A stretch of DNA of 63,261 bases, filler included, from Choristocarpus tenellus KU-1152 (taxonomy: Eukaryota > Protista > Phaeophyceae), in NCBI GenBank assembly GCA_964200185.2. It is 7 parts of 7 records of this genome, joined end to end, with 100 filler letters (N's around TTAATTAATTAA, not from the genome) between each part and the next. Parts side by side here need not be neighbours in the genome. Positions count along the whole stretch, not along the records: positions 55,476 to 63,261 come from CAXNAD020005579.1; 6 more parts are not named here. One strand, written 5' to 3'. Under the pieces are notes generated by a model that made no database searches, had not been told where the DNA came from, and was given only the letters and a program-made list of their open reading frames with translations. The position numbers and the translations under genes were made by a program. Of this stretch, positions 62,845 to 63,261 are shown piece by piece. The stretch's first letter is position 1; each line of letters starts with the position of its first letter.

Positions 62845-62966
62845 ACTCAGCGAAACCAAGAGACCCGAAACTCGGCGAAACCAAGAGACCCGAAACTCAG
62901 CGAAACCAAGAGACCTGGTACTCAGCAAAACAAGAGATCGGACATTAAGCGAAACCAAGAGACCCT
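62845..62966. repeat. 25-bp tandem repeat (~5 copies) upstream of copia gag
   Basis: ACTCAGCGAAACCAAGAGACCCGAA units. Confidence 0.85.
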
Positions 62967-63261
62967 ACAAACGTTCCCTCGAAAAAACACTTCGGAAACA
63001 TTCCTACTCTAACACACCCTGGGAACTTTCTCTCATCAAATACCCAGTAAAAACATCTCGAATGTCAGTTTGTGCATATATTCTTTCAGTTCGAATCTTA
63101 CGATATTCTCAGAAATGGACAACCAAAATGACATTGTTCGTTCCATCTCTGCAGGGGGAAGGGGGCTGCACAACTCAGGCGATACCGGTCCACTCCCTGT
63201 CCAGACTCCTCAACTCACTACTCCCTCATATGCCACATTTATAGACTTCCTGCAACCACTC

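Noticed and set aside
62756-63244. 162-aa plus-strand ORF
   Set aside because: Driven by the 25-bp tandem repeat, with no recognisable domain.

Overview
Eukaryotic, intron-rich genomic DNA made of seven contigs joined by artificial 100-nt N-TTAATTAATTAA-N linkers, so adjacency across linkers means nothing biologically. The source is most likely a brown alga or a close photosynthetic stramenopile; this is inferred from the ROCO architecture, TTAGGG repeats and GT-AG introns. Spliced genes reconstructed by hand: a complete SRP68, a partial GOLD-domain gene, a partial aspartyl-tRNA synthetase head-to-head with a partial ABCA transporter, a partial RBR/IBR E3 ligase and a divergent protein kinase. 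Repeats include a decayed Ty1/copia element, two related MITE families with 4-bp TSDs, several minisatellites and many short telomeric tracts in introns. The most unusual region is contig 2 (12250-27953), an LRR-ROC-COR (ROCO) immune-receptor-like pseudogene. Its 72-nt single-LRR exons sit in near-identical 654-bp cassettes. Its 5' module is present twice as a ~1.2-kb inverted pair flanking a third LRR cassette. It also carries a COR fragment from a paralogue and a clean ~200-bp piece of a bacterial SIMPL/DUF541-like gene inserted antisense into its last exon.
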